DNA of 64,000 nt from Alphaproteobacteria bacterium (GCA_963555825.3 CAUVXB020000001.1:896001-960000); one strand, 5' to 3'; shown: positions 53,893 to 64,000, numbered from the stretch's first letter. The notes: generated from the letters alone by a model not told the origin. A program made the numbers and translations.

Positions 53893-54672
53893 CTATTCCG
53901 GCTTGTGCGCGCGCATCCGGCCGGTGCGCAGCTCGCCGGCGTCGAGCACCACGGTCAGCATGCGCCAGTCCTCGACGAAATGGGCCTGCTTCTCCGGTCC
54001 CAGCGCGGCGCCCATCTGGTCATACAGCGGGCCCTGCATGCGGGCGTATTCGTCGGCCGCTTGGGTGCGGAGTTTGGCCGAGGTGTCGGCGAGCACCACG
54101 TCGACGAAGCCGCAATCACGCAAGATGCCGCCGTAGGCCTCGAGCGTGTCCATGTGGTAGGTCAGCTCCTCGAGCTCGAAGAAGTAGCGCATGTCGTCGG
54201 AATAGGGCGCCGCCGTGCGCAGCCAGTCGCTCGCCGCGAGCACACCGCCGGGCTTGAGCACCCGGAACACCTCGGCGAAGAAGCCGCGCTTGTCGGCGAT
54301 GTGGATCCAGCTGTCCTTGCCGAAGACGACGTCGACCGCGGCGTCGTCGATCGGCAGCGGCCCGGGTTCGACGAGACGCAGCTCGATGCGGTCGGCGAGG
54401 CCCGCGGCCGCGACCCGCGCACGGCCGCGCTCGACCAGCGAGCGCTCGACGTCGAGGCCGACGATACGGCAGTCGTGCTCGCGCGCCAGCAGGACATCGA
54501 TACCGCCCAACGCGCAGCCGATGTCGAGCACCGTCTTGCCGGCGAGGTCGAGCCCGTCGACGATCTGGCGCGCCGCCGCCGGACCGCCGGGCGAGAGGAA
54601 GCCCTCGCCCCAGATCAGCTCGAGCATGGTGACCAGCGCGTCGTCGTATTCGTCTTCGTGGCTATCGGCCAT
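53893..54672 (-). CDS. SAM-dependent methyltransferase (phosphoethanolamine/sarcosine N-methyltransferase-like)
   Basis: WGEGFLSPGG, VLDIGCALGG, RVLKPGG. Confidence 0.9.
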   Translation of the reverse strand: MADSHEDEYDDALVTMLELIWGEGFLSPGGPAAARQIVDGLDLAGKTVLDIGCALGGIDVLLAREHDCRIVGLDVERSLVERGRARVAAAGLADRIELRLVEPGPLPIDDAAVDVVFGKDSWIHIADKRGFFAEVFRVLKPGGVLAASDWLRTAAPYSDDMRYFFELEELTYHMDTLEAYGGILRDCGFVDVVLADTSAKLRTQAADEYARMQGPLYDQMGAALGPEKQAHFVEDWRMLTVVLDAGELRTGRMRAHKPE

Positions 54673-54682
54673 AGTAGTCCTT

Positions 54683-56782
54683 TCACCCAGCGACGATCAG
54701 CGCGTCGGCCGCGAGCGGTCCGGCGGGACCGGCGATGAAGGGATTGACGTCGATCTCGGCGATCGCGTCGCCGAGCGTCACCGCCAACACAGAGAAGCGC
54801 GCCAGCGCCTCGGCCAGCGCATCGACATCGGCGGCCGGTGCGCCGCGCAGGCCGTCGAGCAGCGGGCGCGCCATGAGGCCGTCGATCAGCCGGCGCGCAT
54901 AATCGGCGCCGAACGGCGGCAGGGCAAATCGGGTGTCCTTGAGCGACTCGACCAGGATGCCGCCGGCGCCAACCATGACCAGCGGGCCGAACTGCGCGTC
55001 GCGCACCATGCCGAGCACCATTTCGACGCCCTTCGTCGCCATCGGTTGGATCACGACGCGGGACCCCAGCCGCGCCGCCATGTCGGCGTGGGCCGCGCGG
55101 ACGGCGTCCGAATCGGCGAGACCCAGCGCGACGCCGCCGGCGTCCGACTTGTGCGCGAGACCCGGCATCGCCGTCTTGAGCGCGACCGGATAGCCCAACG
55201 TCTCGGCCGCGGCGACCGCCGCCCCGGCGTCCTCGGCCACGGTCGCCGGCACGGTGGGCACGCCGAAGTCGCCGATCAGCGCCAGCGCCGTAGCCTCGTC
55301 GAGTGGTTCGCCATCACCCAGTCGGACGCGCCAACGATCGACCAGGTCGGCCTCGGGCGGCACCGGCGGTGCGTCGTCGGTCCGCTCGCGCCCGTCCCGA
55401 TAAGCGAAGGCGTGGCGGATGGCGCGGAGCGCCGGGGCGACGCCGTCGAGCACCGGGATGCCACGGCGCACCAGTGTCACCTCGCTGGGGTCGACGGCAC
55501 TGCCCTTGTGATTGGTGACCAAGATCACGGGCTTGGTCGAGTGGGCGGCGGCGCGTTCGCAAATGTCGGTGTAACTGCCCCACACCGAACCGTCGCGGCT
55601 GCGGTCGGTGACCAGCGCGGCGAGCGCCGTATCGTCGTCGTCGACCAGCGCTTGGAAACAGCCGCCAAAAATGTCCTCGGATCCTTGGGAGGTGCCCCAG
55701 GCGTCGAGCGGGTTGATCGGCTCGAGGCCGTAATGCAGCTTCGAGGCCAGCGTGTCGCGCGTTCCGGCAGCGATGTCGGCGATCGGCACGCCCTCGAGGT
55801 CGGCAAGATCGATGAGCATCTCGCGGATTCCGCCCGAATCGAGCATCGCGGCGATGCCGCCCTTGGCCGGGCGGCGTTCGTGCGACATCAGCATCATGGT
55901 CGCCGCCATCTCCTGGACGTCGTCGACGCGGGCGACACCATAGCGGTCGAATACAGCCTGATAGGCCGCGTCGTCGCCCGCGATGGCGCCCGAATGGCTG
56001 ACCGCCAGCGCGGCGCTCTCGGCGGTGCGCCCGACCTTGAGGACGACGACCGGCACATCGCGCGCGCGCGCCTTCTCGAGCCCGGCGATGAAGCCCTCGG
56101 GGTCGCGCACGGTCTCTAGGAACATGGCGACCAGCCGCGTCGAGGGCCGCTCGAGCGCATAATCGAGGTAGTCGGCCGCGGTCGTCACCAGCTCCTGACC
56201 CGACGAGACGGCGAGGTTGTAGCTCAGCCGCTGCTCGGCCTCGACCAGCGGCCACAGGAGCGTGCCCGAATGGGTCACCAGCGTGATGGGACCGGGCTCG
56301 CCGTGGCCACCCACCGAATAGCTCGACGCGCAGGCGCCGGCCTCGAAATTGTAGAAGCCGATGCAATTGCCGCCGCACATCTGCAAACCAGCGTCCTTGG
56401 CGATGCCGCGGATCCGCTCGGTCAGCGGCGGATCGGTGTCGCCCTCGTAGTAGCCCGAGGCGAACACCGTGGCGGCGCGCGCGCCGATCTCGGCGGCGGC
56501 GCTGAGCTGCGCCTCGACGCGCGGATTGGCGACCGCGATCACGACATGATCGACCGGCCCGGGCAGGTCGGCAAGCGAGGGATAACAGGTCAGTCCTTCG
56601 ACCACCTGGTACTTCGGATTGACCGGGTAGATGGGCCCCTCGAAGCCGCACAGGAGCGCTTCCTTTACCATCTGGTTGCCGACGCTGTGGGGCCGCGTCG
56701 AGGCGCCGACGAAGGCCATCGAACGGGGCGCCAGGAGCGGTGTCAGGCGGTGCTCGACCGCAACGGACGTGGTGTCGTTCAT
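54683..56782 (-). CDS. Acetate--CoA ligase (ADP-forming) family, CoA-binding plus ATP-grasp
   Basis: VGAS, YPVNPKY, GGNCIG, SHSGAIAG, NPLD, HKSDAGGV, FGPLVMVG, IDVNP. Confidence 0.92.
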   Translation of the reverse strand: MNDTTSVAVEHRLTPLLAPRSMAFVGASTRPHSVGNQMVKEALLCGFEGPIYPVNPKYQVVEGLTCYPSLADLPGPVDHVVIAVANPRVEAQLSAAAEIGARAATVFASGYYEGDTDPPLTERIRGIAKDAGLQMCGGNCIGFYNFEAGACASSYSVGGHGEPGPITLVTHSGTLLWPLVEAEQRLSYNLAVSSGQELVTTAADYLDYALERPSTRLVAMFLETVRDPEGFIAGLEKARARDVPVVVLKVGRTAESAALAVSHSGAIAGDDAAYQAVFDRYGVARVDDVQEMAATMMLMSHERRPAKGGIAAMLDSGGIREMLIDLADLEGVPIADIAAGTRDTLASKLHYGLEPINPLDAWGTSQGSEDIFGGCFQALVDDDDTALAALVTDRSRDGSVWGSYTDICERAAAHSTKPVILVTNHKGSAVDPSEVTLVRRGIPVLDGVAPALRAIRHAFAYRDGRERTDDAPPVPPEADLVDRWRVRLGDGEPLDEATALALIGDFGVPTVPATVAEDAGAAVAAAETLGYPVALKTAMPGLAHKSDAGGVALGLADSDAVRAAHADMAARLGSRVVIQPMATKGVEMVLGMVRDAQFGPLVMVGAGGILVESLKDTRFALPPFGADYARRLIDGLMARPLLDGLRGAPAADVDALAEALARFSVLAVTLGDAIAEIDVNPFIAGPAGPLAADALIVAG

Positions 56783-56791
56783 GACCGACTA

Positions 56792-57073
56792 ATACCAAGG
56801 ATCAATGATAAAGGCCCCTAGAGATCGCGTCCGCTTTTCGCCGGGTAGGCAAGGGAGCCGCGGGCGATGCAGCGCATCGTCAAGGCTGCCTGACGCCCGC
56901 CGGCGATAAGCGGACGCGACCCGAAGGGCGGCTTGCCGTGGCTCTCGCCCGCTATCAGACTGGCGGACGTCGTTGCGCCCGCCTTGCGATGCCTAGCATC
57001 GCCGCGACGGGCGCGCCTAGCCGAGAACCACGGCAAGCCGTCTCTGGGGGTCTTTATCATTGATCGTTAGTAT
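56792..57073. mobile_element. 282-bp MITE (family C) with 33-bp TIRs
   Basis: ATACCAAGGATCAATGATAAAGGCCCCTAGAGA and TCTCTGGGGGTCTTTATCATTGATCGTTAGTAT. Confidence 0.85.
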
Positions 57074-58229
57074 ACCTACACCGTCGCGGCGCATCATAGA
57101 AGCGCCGTGACACGACGCGGCACGGCGCCATGATGCGCTCGATCTTGAGCTCCTTGGTGTGCCAGATGTCGGCCTTAAGTTCGATGCCCTCGGCCGCATA
57201 CGCGCTCGCGACACTGGCCAGCGCTATATTGCGCTTGAGCACCGGCGACCAGATCGCCGAGGTGGTGCGCCCGACCTCTGTTTTGGCGGCATAGAGGAAG
57301 GATTCGACGGCTGGTTTCTTGCCCGCGATGTCGAGCCCGACCAGGCGCCGGCGCGGGCCGCCGCGCGCCTTCTCGGCAACGAGCGCGCGCTTGCCGATGA
57401 AGTGGTCCTTCCCGAGGTTGACCGTCCAGTCGAGGCCAAGTTCGTAGGGCGAGCGCGTCTGGCTGGCGCGCAGTGTACGCGTCGCCGAGATGAACTCGGC
57501 ATTGACCTGGATGAAGCCAGCCTCGATGCGCGCCAGATCGAGCGCCGCGGAGCCGATGACGATCGGCGGCCTGGACCCGCCCGCCGCCATCAGCCGGTCC
57601 CACAACATGCCGGCGTGCGCCGGCGCGATCCACAGCTCGTAGCCGAGGTCGCCGGTGAAACCGGTGCGGCTGACCATCAGCCGCGCGCCGTCGAGCTCGA
57701 AGAGCGCGATACGGAACGGCGCGAGCGCGTCGATGCCCGCGAGCCCGAGATCCTGCAGTAGGGTCATCGAGAGCGGACCCTGGAGCGCCAGCGAGGCGAC
57801 GTCTTCGGTGATCTCCTCGATGGTCACGTCGAGACCGTAGGCGGTGTCCTCGAACCAACGCAGGTTGGCTTCCTGCGCGTTGATCTGGAACTCGTCGGCG
57901 CCGAGACGCATGATGGTGCCGTCTTCGATCAACTTGCCGGCGTCGTCGCACCAACCCGAATAGTAGACTTGGACGACGGCGCATCGGGTGATGTCACGGG
58001 TGATCAGCCGGTCGACGAATCGCTCGGCATGTGCGCCGGCGACCCGATAGTTGCGCAGCGGCGAGGTATCGAACAGCGTCGCCGCGTTGCGGATGGCGAA
58101 ATATTCCTCGTCTAGAGCGGTCACCGTCGCGACGGTGGTGTAGCCCTCCCAGCGCTGCCACGAGTCGGTCTCGCACAGCGGCGCGATGCGGTCGTGGAAG
58201 GGCGTCGTGAGATAGGGCGACATGGCCAT
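57057..58229 (-). CDS. Aminomethyltransferase (GcvT-like) family protein
   Basis: EYFAIRN, DDAGKLIEDG, LQGP, SRTGFTGDLGYELW, ARIEAG. Confidence 0.92.
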   Translation of the reverse strand: MAMSPYLTTPFHDRIAPLCETDSWQRWEGYTTVATVTALDEEYFAIRNAATLFDTSPLRNYRVAGAHAERFVDRLITRDITRCAVVQVYYSGWCDDAGKLIEDGTIMRLGADEFQINAQEANLRWFEDTAYGLDVTIEEITEDVASLALQGPLSMTLLQDLGLAGIDALAPFRIALFELDGARLMVSRTGFTGDLGYELWIAPAHAGMLWDRLMAAGGSRPPIVIGSAALDLARIEAGFIQVNAEFISATRTLRASQTRSPYELGLDWTVNLGKDHFIGKRALVAEKARGGPRRRLVGLDIAGKKPAVESFLYAAKTEVGRTTSAIWSPVLKRNIALASVASAYAAEGIELKADIWHTKELKIERIMAPCRVVSRRFYDAPRRCRYTNDQ

Positions 58230-59812
58230 CAGGCGGCGCTCCTCTCACCGAGATCGGCGATCACCTCGCGTGCCGCGTTGGCGCCCGCGGCGCCAATCAC
58301 GCCGCCACCGGGATGCGCGCCGGCGCCGCACAGGTAGAGCCCCGGCACCGGCAGTCGGTACCGCCCGGCGCCCGGAAACGGCCTCAGCATGAAGACCGTG
58401 TCGAGGCCCATCTCGCCGTGGTGCCAATGGCCGCCGGTCATGCCGTAGTCGCGCTCGAGATCGAGCGGCGTGACCACCTGGCGCGCGACGATGCGCTCGG
58501 CAAGATCCGGCGCGTGCGTGGCCAGCATGCCGACGACCCGGTCGCCCAGTTCGTCGCGCCGGGCGTCCCAGTCGCCCTCGGCCAGGCGGTAGGGCGCCGA
58601 TTGCACCAGAACCGAGACGACGTGACCGCCTTGCGGCGCGAGCGTCGGGTCGGCAAGCGAGGGCACGGTCACCTCGAGCGGCGGCACGGCGGCGATGTCG
58701 CCGTATTTCGCGTCGTCGAAGGCGCGCTCGACATGGTCGATGGTCGGCGCGATGACCAGCCGCGCACCACCCACCGCGTCGCCCAGTCCGGCGAAGTCGG
58801 GCAGGCCATCGAGCGCCAGATTGACCTTGGCGGTCACGCCGTTGGTGCGCAAGTTGCGCACCCGGCGAATGACGCCGGTGTCCAGGTGATCGGGGCCGAC
58901 GAGATCGAGCAGCGTGCGCTTGGGATCGGCATTCGAGATCACCGCGTCGGCGCGCATTTCCTCGCCGCCGACAAGCACGACGCCGACCGCGCGATCGGCC
59001 TCGACCAGTACGCGGTCGACCAGCGCGTCGGTGCGCACTTCGCCGCCGGCCGCCACAACCGCCGCCGCCAACGCGTCGCCGACGGCGCCCATGCCGCCTC
59101 TGGGCAAGGCGAGCGCGCCGCGCTGGCCGCCGGCATCGCCGCCGGCGCGGAACAGGAGATTGAACACCGTGTTTGGCGAGCGCGGCCCGAGCGCATGGCC
59201 GAGCACGCTGTCGAAGGCGAGCGCACCCTTGAGCGCGGCGCTCTCGAAGCTGTCGTCGAGCAGATCGGCGGCGTTCATACCGACGATACGCAACAATTCG
59301 CGCATGTCGTCGCGGCCCAGGCGTCGGATGCCGAGGCCGAGCTTGAGATAGCCGAAGCGCTCGCCCCAGCTGGTCGGCTTGACCGACGGCGGCGTCGTCA
59401 GCAGCATCGGCCGCAGCGCGCCCGCGAGGCGCATCATGCGCGCGCGGAACGCCGGGTAGCGCTCGGCGTCGCGCGCCGAGAATTGCGCCAGCGAGTCGCG
59501 CGTCGCCGTCGCGTCCGGCGAGAGCGTCAGATGCCTGCCGTCGGGCAGCAGCGAGATTGTCGCCAGGTCGCGCCGGCTGTAGTCGAGGCCGTGGCGCGCC
59601 AGGCCAAGATCGGCGATCACCTTGGGATGCATGAGGTGCAGGATGTGAGCGCAGGCCGGCACGTGGTAGCCGGGGTGGATCTCCTCGGTCGTCGCCGCGC
59701 CGCCGGGCCGCGAGCGCGCCTCGCAGACCACCACCTTGCGGCCGGCCTTGGCGAGATAGGCCGCGCAGACCAAGCCGTTGTGGCCGCCGCCGATAATCAC
59801 CGCGTCCGTCAC
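58229..59812 (-). CDS. Phytoene desaturase-like FAD oxidoreductase
   Basis: IGGGHNGLV, GGMG, AFDDAKYG, GHWHHGE, GAGAHPGGGV. Confidence 0.92.
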   Translation of the reverse strand: MTDAVIIGGGHNGLVCAAYLAKAGRKVVVCEARSRPGGAATTEEIHPGYHVPACAHILHLMHPKVIADLGLARHGLDYSRRDLATISLLPDGRHLTLSPDATATRDSLAQFSARDAERYPAFRARMMRLAGALRPMLLTTPPSVKPTSWGERFGYLKLGLGIRRLGRDDMRELLRIVGMNAADLLDDSFESAALKGALAFDSVLGHALGPRSPNTVFNLLFRAGGDAGGQRGALALPRGGMGAVGDALAAAVVAAGGEVRTDALVDRVLVEADRAVGVVLVGGEEMRADAVISNADPKRTLLDLVGPDHLDTGVIRRVRNLRTNGVTAKVNLALDGLPDFAGLGDAVGGARLVIAPTIDHVERAFDDAKYGDIAAVPPLEVTVPSLADPTLAPQGGHVVSVLVQSAPYRLAEGDWDARRDELGDRVVGMLATHAPDLAERIVARQVVTPLDLERDYGMTGGHWHHGEMGLDTVFMLRPFPGAGRYRLPVPGLYLCGAGAHPGGGVIGAAGANAAREVIADLGERSAA

Positions 59813-61404
59813 GTCAGCTCCCCCTTGGCGAAATCATCGAGGATCTCGCGCGCCGCGTTGGCGCCGGGCGCCGCCATGACGCCGCCGCCCGGATGGGTCG
59901 ACGAGCCGCACATGTAGCTGTGCGCCACCGGCCCGCGGTACTTGGCATAGCCCGGGAAGGGCCGGTTGAACAGCAGCTGGTCCATGGTCAGTTCGCCATG
60001 GAAGATGTTGCCGTCGGTGATACCGACCTCGCGCTCGATATCGGCCGGTGAGCGCACCTGGGCGTGCAGGATGAGGTCCTTGAAGTCGGGTGCGACCTCG
60101 GTAATGCGGTCGATGATGTGTTGGCCGAAGGCGTCGCGCTTGGCGTCGTCCCACGGCCCGTCGGCGAGCTGGCTCGGCACGTACTGGACGAACACGCTCA
60201 TCATATGCTTGCCGGGCGGCGCCAGCGTCGGGTCGATGGTCGAGGGAATCTCCATCTCGATCCACGGCCGGTCGGACCAGCGGCCGTATTTGGCGTCGTC
60301 GTAGGCGCGCTCGAGATAATCCATCGAATGGCCGATGAACACCGAGCCCTTGAGCGCCTGCCGTTCGTCGGCGATATGCGGGAAGTTCGGCAGGCCATCG
60401 AGCGCGATGTTGAGCTTGCCCGACGAGCCGCGGTTCTTGAATCGCCGCGTCATGTCGAGGAAATCGTCGTCGAGCGCGCCGCCCCAGTCGATCCTCAGGA
60501 AGGTCGCCTTGGGATCGAGGTTCGAGACGATGGCGGTTGCATAGATCTCCTCGCCGTCGGCAAGCACGACACCGACCGCCTTGCCGTCTTTGACGATGAC
60601 GGTGCTGACCTCGGCCGAGACGCGGATTTCGCAGCCCGCCGCCTCGGCCGCGCCGCCGATCGCCCGGCTCACGCCACCCATGGCGCCACGCACGAAGCCC
60701 CAGGCGCCGACGTCGCCGTCGAGCTCGCCCATGAAGTGGTGCAGCAGCACATAGGCCGAGCCGGGCGAGCGCACGCCGAGCATCGTGCCGACCGTGGCGC
60801 TGCCGGCGAGGTAGGCCTTGATGACCTCGGTCTCGAAATACTCGTCGAGGAGATCGGCGCAGCTCATCGTCCAGAAGCGCAGGATCTCGTACATCGTCTC
60901 CTCGCCCATCTCCGAGAAGGCGCCCCAGATGCGCTTGAAGGTCTTGAGGTCGCCGAGCGTCAGCGCCGCCGGGTCGGGCGGCGTGACCATCAGGAGCGGC
61001 CGGATGAAGCGGCATTGGCGCATCATCGCCAGGCCGTATGCATCGTAACCCTCGGCGTCGCGCTTCGAATGCAGCTCGATCGAACGCCGCGTGCGGTCGT
61101 GGTCGGGATAGCTGATGAACGCCCGGCCGCCCGGCACCGGCACGCTGGCCCAGCCGTAGGGCAGGATCTGCAGGCCGTGGCTCGGCAGATCGAGATCGCG
61201 GATGATCTCGGGCCGCAGCAGACTGCAGACATAGGAGCAGGTCGAATAGGTGAAGCCGGGATAGAGCTCCTCGCTGACCGCCGCGCCACCGATCAGGTGG
61301 CGGCGTTCGAGCACCAGCACCGACTTGCCGGCGCGCGCCAGATAGGCGGCCGTGGTCAGCCCGTTGTGGCCGGCACCGATGACGATGGCGTCGTAGCGTT
61401 TCAT
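59809..61404 (-). CDS. Phytoene desaturase-like FAD oxidoreductase (PYROXD2-like)
   Basis: IGAGHNGL, SAYVLLHH, AYDDAKYG, GNIFHGE, GSSTHPGGGV. Confidence 0.92.
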   Translation of the reverse strand: MKRYDAIVIGAGHNGLTTAAYLARAGKSVLVLERRHLIGGAAVSEELYPGFTYSTCSYVCSLLRPEIIRDLDLPSHGLQILPYGWASVPVPGGRAFISYPDHDRTRRSIELHSKRDAEGYDAYGLAMMRQCRFIRPLLMVTPPDPAALTLGDLKTFKRIWGAFSEMGEETMYEILRFWTMSCADLLDEYFETEVIKAYLAGSATVGTMLGVRSPGSAYVLLHHFMGELDGDVGAWGFVRGAMGGVSRAIGGAAEAAGCEIRVSAEVSTVIVKDGKAVGVVLADGEEIYATAIVSNLDPKATFLRIDWGGALDDDFLDMTRRFKNRGSSGKLNIALDGLPNFPHIADERQALKGSVFIGHSMDYLERAYDDAKYGRWSDRPWIEMEIPSTIDPTLAPPGKHMMSVFVQYVPSQLADGPWDDAKRDAFGQHIIDRITEVAPDFKDLILHAQVRSPADIEREVGITDGNIFHGELTMDQLLFNRPFPGYAKYRGPVAHSYMCGSSTHPGGGVMAAPGANAAREILDDFAKGELT

Positions 61405-61540
61405 CGCGGTCGCGTCGCTCCCCCTCCTACTCGCCGGCACATCTTGCCCTGTGATCTCGACTTGTGCGAGCATCTCGTTAGGTCTTCAATTTCGATACAA
61501 AATCCAGCTATCATCGGGGAGCCAACCGGGAGAGGAGCCG

Positions 61541-61877
61541 ATGACCGAATATAATGCTGCGGAGCATCGCCGCCACGTTCGGTGCACGGTGTACGAGCCA
61601 TGTGTTGTGCTGGTCGGCGACGAGGAATTTTCGGGGGCCGTTGTCGACATGTCGGTGGGCGGCGCGGCGGTGCGCCTCGAGGTTCAGCTCGAGGTCCACC
61701 CCCGCGCCCGACACGCCAATACAGTTGCAGATCAGCGGCATCGGGCGGCTGCGTACCCGGGTCGTCCGCTCGATGATCGATGGCGTGGCGGTCGAGTTCA
61801 ACATCGACCCGTACAAGGAGGCCCACCTGCTGGCCGCGCTGCAGCAGGTGCTGAGCGACTACCCATTCGACGAATAG
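61541..61877 (+). CDS. PilZ-domain protein, frameshift in a C-run near 61700
   Basis: RRHVR and DMSVGG c-di-GMP-binding motifs; C-terminal half RVVR..GVAVEF in another frame. Confidence 0.8.
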
Positions 61878-61955
61878 CGGTCTGGTCGTTCGACGAATAG
61901 CGGTCTTAGCTGGACAATCTGTCGGTCGCTCGTGCGCAGCTGTGCGCCGGGTCTG

Positions 61956-62156
61956 TCAGGCGTCGGTGCCGCTCTCGCTGTCGCTCTCGACATGGCTGCC
62001 GCCGGTCTTGACCTCCTGCCAGAGGAACTTGACGGCGATGGCGAGCCCGAGCAACGTGACGATCCAGAGGTCGGGCTCCATCACAAAAATCGTCACCACG
62101 GCCATGAACGCGATGACGGCGCCCATGCCGATAGCCGCGAAGAGTTTGTCGAGCAT
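61956..62156 (-). CDS. Small two-TM membrane protein
   Basis: Two hydrophobic helices flanking EPDL; lies downstream of the amidase. Confidence 0.65.
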   Translation of the reverse strand: MLDKLFAAIGMGAVIAFMAVVTIFVMEPDLWIVTLLGLAIAVKFLWQEVKTGGSHVESDSESGTDA

Positions 62157-62218
62157 CCGAACCTATCCCTCGAACCCTTGGCCGGTTGTACAGCAGCGGC
62201 CGCGTCGGTTCAAATCGT

Positions 62219-63562
62219 TCATCGAGCGGCGCCCTCGTTGGCAACGCGGTGGACCAGCCACTCGGCGGTTCTGAGCAGCCGCGCATCGTCACCGCGGCGG
62301 CCGACCAGCTGGACGCCGAGCGGCAGACCGTTCCCGCCCTCCATCAGGGGCAATGTCAGCGCCGGCGCGCCGCAAAACGTCCAGAGCGTGCAGAAGATGG
62401 GGTCGCCTGTCGAGCCGAGCCCAACCGGCGCCTCGCCGAGCGCCGCCGGGGTAATGATCGCGTCGCAGTGCTCGAACAATCGATCGAGGCCGGCATTCAG
62501 AACCTCGATCCAATCGTCGGCCCGGAGGTAATCGACGGCGCGCACTTCTTGGCCGCGTTCGAGCGTATCGCGCATGCCGTCGCTCAACGCGTCCTTGCCG
62601 CGCGCGTAATACGGCGCGAGACACTTCGCCATATCCGCCTGGACGATCGTTTCATACAGCTCGATCGCGGAATCGAAGGGCTCTGGCAGCGCGACCTCTT
62701 CGCAGTCATCGCCCAGCGCCTCGGCGAGCTCGGCGAAGGCCGCCTTTGTCGTATCCTCGGCCTGATCCCAGACCGGCGATTTGACGAATCCCAGCGCCGG
62801 CTGCACGGGCGGGCCGGCGGCGACGGTCTCGACCAGCCGCGGCCGGCCGGTCGGCCGCATGCCCGGGTCCCTTGCGTCATAGGCCATCAGGGTTTCGGCG
62901 ATCAACGCAACATCGGGGACCGACCGCGCGAAGACGCCGACATGATCCATCACCGGCGACGTCGAGAGGACGCCGTGGCGCGAGATCCCGCCGCGGCTCG
63001 GCTTGAAGCCGAAGATGCCGCAGAACGAGGCCGGCCGGATGACCGATCCGTTGGTCTGGCTACCCAATGCGAGCGGCACCATGCCCGTGGCGACGGCGGC
63101 GGCCGAACCGCTGGACGAGCCGCCCGGCGTGCGCGATGGGTCATGCGGGTTGGTCGTCACCGTCGGCTCGAAGCCGGCAAGCTCGGTGGTCGCCGTCTTG
63201 CCCATGATGACCGCGCCGGCCTCTTTGAGCAGCGTCACCACCGTGCAATCTTCGGTCGGTCGCCGGCCGGCATCGAGCACCGTGCCGTTCTCGGTCGGCC
63301 AGTCGCGCGTGTCGAAGATGTCCTTGATGCCGACCGGAACGCCGTGCAGCGGACCGATGTCCCTGCCCGCGGCCCGCGCCTCGTCGCAGGTGCGCGCCTG
63401 ATCGCGCGCAAGAGCGGCATCGAGATGCGCCCAGGCCTTGATTTCGCCGTCGCGTTCGGCGATGCGGGCAAGACAGCCGTCGACCAGGTCGATCGACTTG
63501 ATCGTGCCGCGCCCCAGGTCGGCGGCCGCGTCGGCCGCGCTGAGATCGGCTAGGTCCATCAT
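62219..63562 (-). CDS. Amidase (amidase-signature family)
   Basis: GVPVGIKD, TPGGSSSGS, GSQTNGSVIRPASFCG. Confidence 0.94.
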   Translation of the reverse strand: MMDLADLSAADAAADLGRGTIKSIDLVDGCLARIAERDGEIKAWAHLDAALARDQARTCDEARAAGRDIGPLHGVPVGIKDIFDTRDWPTENGTVLDAGRRPTEDCTVVTLLKEAGAVIMGKTATTELAGFEPTVTTNPHDPSRTPGGSSSGSAAAVATGMVPLALGSQTNGSVIRPASFCGIFGFKPSRGGISRHGVLSTSPVMDHVGVFARSVPDVALIAETLMAYDARDPGMRPTGRPRLVETVAAGPPVQPALGFVKSPVWDQAEDTTKAAFAELAEALGDDCEEVALPEPFDSAIELYETIVQADMAKCLAPYYARGKDALSDGMRDTLERGQEVRAVDYLRADDWIEVLNAGLDRLFEHCDAIITPAALGEAPVGLGSTGDPIFCTLWTFCGAPALTLPLMEGGNGLPLGVQLVGRRGDDARLLRTAEWLVHRVANEGAAR

Positions 63563-63582
63563 GTTCTACCGGATTCGGCCGG

Positions 63583-64000
63583 TCATCGGCCGTAGACGAC
63601 CTTGGGCAGCCACAAGGCGATCGCCGGGAACATGTATAGGAGGAACATCGCCAGGAAGACCATCGAGAGGAACGGCAAGCATCCCTTGAAGATCTGGATG
63701 AGATGGATGTGTGGCGGCGCCACGCCCTTGAGATAATAGGCCGCCATCGCCATCGGCGGCGTCAGGAACGAGGTCTGCAGGTTGAGCGCCACGAGGATGC
63801 CAAAGAACAACGGATCGATGCCGAAATGCGGCAGCATGGGCAGGAAGATGGGGACGAAGATGATGATGATCTCCGACCATTCCAACGGCCAGCCCAGGAA
63901 GAAGATGATGAGCTGGGCGAGGATCAGGAACATGACCGGAGAGAGATCCAGGGCGAGCACGAATTCCTCGATCAGGCCCTGGCCACCGAGATAGGAGAAC
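63583..64000 (-). CDS. TRAP transporter large permease (DctM-like), 3' part
   Basis: LGWPLEWSEI, NLQTSFLTPP, FPAIALWLP; runs off the window. Confidence 0.9.
   Translation of the reverse strand, partial: FSYLGGQGLIEEFVLALDLSPVMFLILAQLIIFFLGWPLEWSEIIIIFVPIFLPMLPHFGIDPLFFGILVALNLQTSFLTPPMAMAAYYLKGVAPPHIHLIQIFKGCLPFLSMVFLAMFLLYMFPAIALWLPKVVYGR

Noticed and set aside
58229-61404. Carotenoid biosynthesis (crtI) genes
   Set aside because: No crtB or crtE context; linkage to a GcvT-like gene points to a different function
61867-61907. Short direct repeat TTCGACGAATAGCGGTCT at the PilZ stop as an att site
   Set aside because: The copies are adjacent with nothing between them and no integrase is nearby; likely local slippage

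Overview
GC-rich bacterial DNA whose gene and repeat content suggests an Alphaproteobacterium (inference). Many 1-2 bp frameshifts in G/C runs suggest a long-read assembly. Catabolic and housekeeping genes (BVMO, BadI/BadH-like, CoA ligases, aminotransferases, amidohydrolases, Sel1/TPR proteins, secreted purple acid phosphatase, GcvT plus two phytoene-desaturase-like oxidoreductases, amidase, TRAP permease) are interspersed with IS-dense zones at 1-6.7 kb, 34-37 kb and 38.5-50.5 kb. These contain IS1380, IS3, IS630, IS30, IS256, two IS1111-type IS110 elements and three copies of a 1420-bp IS with 14-bp target duplications. Main observations: (i) bridge/seek-RNA guide segments of both IS1111 elements can be matched by eye to their flanks, and one targets an IS1182-type terminal repeat; (ii) one IS1111 carries a 122-bp duplication whose junction fits self-targeting at its own guide-coding DNA, and the other has a duplicated target-binding loop; (iii) a Septu-like ATPase/HNH locus is broken by three IS insertions; (iv) a MITE family carries 0/1/2/7 internal hairpin units; (v) there is a regularly spaced AT-rich palindrome mini-array. 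No rRNA, tRNA, cas gene or true CRISPR array was recognised.
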